Shown: piece after piece, positions 61,632 to 64,000 of the stretch
Layout: every line of letters begins with the position of its first letter
How positions within the stretch are numbered: the stretch's first letter is position 1
Origin: Eledone cirrhosa
Taxonomy: Eukaryota
Direction: 5' to 3'
Assembly: GCA_964016885.1 (NCBI GenBank)
Contig: OZ024741.1
Coordinates: 350,610,001-350,674,000, forward strand
Length of the DNA: 64,000 nucleotides
Notes under the pieces: generated by a model
Databases searched by the model: none
What the model saw: only the letters and a program-made list of their open reading frames with translations
Told to the model about the DNA's origin: nothing
Position numbers and translations under genes: made by a program

Positions 61632-62414
61632 AAGATTTACATATACATAAACATAAAGTCATAGATATATATGTGTTTTGCAACCGGTCACGCTGTGGCT
61701 CAATGAAGAATTAATAAATTAAATAATCAGAGCAATATATCATAAATCATGTCTTTAGAATTATTAGATAAAATATATACCATTTCCTCTCCCAATTAGC
61801 ATAATTAACCATATAAAAAATCAATTAGACCAAGCTATAAGAATAAAGGCTCCTATGAAGAAATTTCCGACAAATAACCGAAAGCGGCCTCTTCGCGGTG
61901 GCCCCGATAGAGTATTTATCCAACATTTCAACAGCATGTAGAAATTGACTAAATATACCGTCAACCATACACAATTAGGTGTAAATTCAAACTTAGAAGA
62001 AATGTGTACATACTGTAATTATATCTCTACCATGGTTTCGTCCGTATTTTTAGACATCGAATAACAGGATACGTCCAGAGTATCGGACTCATCAGGAGTG
62101 AACTCAAAATTAGACATTTAATTTTCCAAAGTGATCGTGCCAAAAATAGATTAAAAATGGCTAAGAATCGTGACGTGGCAGTGGTCAAGTTAGAAAGAAT
62201 GTGATTAGTTGCTTACGGCGGGTAGGCTTATTGCTAGAAAGCGCAGCCCAATATCGCCCAATTGTATCTCAACCTAACGGGAGATTATTAAATATAAAGA
62301 TTTACATATACATAAACATTGGTCTAATTGATTTTTTATATGGTTAATTATGCTAATTGGGAGAGGAAAGGGTATATATTTTATCTAATAATTCTAAAGA
62401 CATGATTTATGATA

Positions 62415-62415
<1 letters not shown>
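61631..62415 (-). mobile_element. Retrozyme-like element, family A copy 2 (665-bp unit, 24-bp direct repeat, inverted segment)
   Basis: aaagatttacatatacataaacat at 61631 and 62296. ~62319-62415 is an inverted copy of ~61735-61833. Confidence 0.85.
62025..62098 (-). ncRNA. Minimal type I hammerhead with long stem II, intact core
   Basis: CUC-CUGAUGA-GUCCG..CGGAC-GAAAC-CAUG-GUA-GAG, with palindromic ACCAUGGU stem III. Confidence 0.82.
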
Positions 62416-62477
<62 letters not shown>

Positions 62478-62510
62478 CTATATATATATAACTATATATA
62501 TATATATATT

Positions 62511-63137
62511 ACTTGTATTAATCTCCAGAGTCTAGCTATTGGCCAGTTAATTTTATTGACTGGTTTTGGTCTATTCTATTGACTGCCGAATAACTTTGTT
62601 ATATTTAACCACTCTGTCGAGAGCTTCATTCCATTTGTGATATTTTGCATTTTCGCAATATTATACACAGATGAATTCATTCGCCTAATTTAGGTGTTGC
62701 CTCCCTTGCTGAACCCCACGTGGGGTCAGTTACAGACACATCTATGTGGTCTTTAGAACTGAATCCCGTTGATAACACGCATTCCTAGTTCAGTCAGGAT
62801 ACGAGAAACTTAACATCCTTTATGTAAGTGGACAGTAAATGACTTACGGAGCCGCAGAAACCCCAACACTGGACTTTACCATCATTCCAGGGATCCGGTG
62901 AGTATAAAACATTTATGCTTTCATATATTTTTATATCTGTATATCTGTTTGACCCGAAATAGGAGATCGAATCTTCGCTGTGTGGATAATTAATTTAACC
63001 ACCATCTCAGTGTGTTTGGCTTTTAACGTAAGTTGTAAGCTCTAATTCTTTTGAATTATTGAGCGCTTGCCTCACAATTCGAAAGTGTTTTTTCGTTATT
63101 TCATAGGCTGAAATTCGATTCTCGCTAATTTTTACTT
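62511..63137 (+). mobile_element. Retrozyme-like element, family C copy 2 (divergent)
   Basis: Colinear conserved blocks with the reverse complement of 5601-6220 (tgtattaatctcc, ctattgact, tcgagag, cccttgc, cacgtgggg, cagaaacc, cactgga, taccatca, ctcgct). Confidence 0.78.
62766..62898 (+). ncRNA. Variant hammerhead (UUGAUAA core, U3-A8), homolog of 5817-5951
   Basis: CCG-UUGAUAA-[81 nt containing AGGAU/AUCCU and GUAAGU/ACUUAC hairpins]-GAAAC-CC..CUGGA..UCCAG-GG-AUC-CGG. Confidence 0.5.
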
Positions 63138-63202
63138 ATATATATATATATATATATAAACATATATTTTCACTAGCTCCGACAGTTGGCAGGTGAACAG
63201 TG

Positions 63203-63250
63203 AACTGTACTGATGAAGGGTAATACCCAGAAACATTAGTGTCTGCAGTT
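63203..63250 (+). ncRNA. Type I hammerhead in family D element (~63160-63385)
   Basis: AACUGUA-CUGAUGA-A-GGGUAAUACCC-A-GAAACA(UUAG)UGUC-UGCAGUU. Confidence 0.85.
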
Positions 63251-63416
63251 CTGTTTACATGCCAACACAAGAGCAAGAATGAGGGGCTCATTCTACTGAC
63301 ATGGCTTTAAAAAATGAGGCGTGTTTGCATAATTGCAAACGAATCGAATATTATTATTAATATTCGAAAAACGGATTACATTTATATATATATATATATA
63401 GTTTTAATATAGATGA

Positions 63417-63465
63417 GATTCTACAGGACTAGAACTGTTTCATTCTTTAGAAATCATCAGGAATC
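63417..63465 (-). ncRNA. Type I hammerhead, nearly solo between TA tracts
   Basis: GAUUC-CUGAUGA-UUUCUAAAGAAU-GAAACAG(UUCUAGUC)CUGUA-GAAUC. Confidence 0.8.
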
Positions 63466-63475
63466 ATATATATGT

Positions 63476-64000
63476 ATCATCATCATCATCATTATCATTT
63501 TCGTCTTACATCTGCTTTTCCACACTAGCCTGGGTTGGATAGGCCTTTTCTAGCACTGCATCCATCCACTGATCATGGCCTCTCTAATCTCCTTTCTGAA
63601 TTTCAATGATTTAAGATCAGCTTTCCCAACCTCTACCTAGATTCTCCTTGATCTCTTTCTATTACAGCTTCCTTCCACTGGGATTTCTTGGCACTTCTTC
63701 ATCCAATAAATGTTTCTACTTTTGGCACAAGGCCAGCAAATTACCAGTACATTACTGGTACTTTATTTTATCGACCCCGTAAGGATGAAAGGCAAAGTTA
63801 ACCTTGGCGGGATTTGAACTCAGACCATAAAGGGCTGTAACTCTTTGCTGCAAAGCATGGCGTCCGACTCTCTACTGATACTGCCAATCCACTTCTTCAT
63901 CCAATAATAATCATCCATATGCATCACATGTCAATATCAGTGCAGTATTCTCTTCTGTATACCACAACTGATTTCTGTTATATCCAGCTCTTCCCCCAGC
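63476..64000 (-). mobile_element. Old RTE 3' fragment interrupted by a SINE (63710-63889) with an 18-bp TSD
   Basis: (GAT)n tail and RTE C-terminal similarity. cacttcttcatccaataa at 63692 and 63890. Confidence 0.8.

Overview
Eukaryotic, AT- and microsatellite-rich DNA made almost entirely of transposons. The SINE/MITE families resemble those of octopodid cephalopods (recalled resemblance, not searched). The only host gene I can support is two spliceable minus-strand coding exons of a GT7-family beta-1,4-galactosyl/GalNAc-transferase (11516-11324, 9667-9435). The repeats sort by microsatellite target. (TA)n tracts hold RTE LINEs, two Penelope-like (PLE) relics, a deleted Gypsy and short non-coding elements. 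A ~23 kb (ATT)n-anchored pile (23.3-46.1 kb) holds SINEs, two L1/Tx1-like LINEs (one with a single intact 1847-aa ORF1-ORF2 fusion) and four R4/Dong-like LINEs. The main finding is a set of non-coding ~420-680 bp elements in (TA)n: three families with two copies each (A, B, C), a fourth seen as fragments (D) and a solo motif. They carry hand-folded type I hammerhead ribozymes (HHR); most A-C copies also show terminal direct repeats and some show PLE-style inversions or circular permutation, so they look like retrozymes. One family has an unusual core (U3.G8 / U3-A8) with a very long stem II. A 1.9 kb (TA)n array studded with TACAGTA/TACTGTA between 86-bp inverted arms is also notable. All folds and alignments were done by eye; repeat boundaries are approximate.
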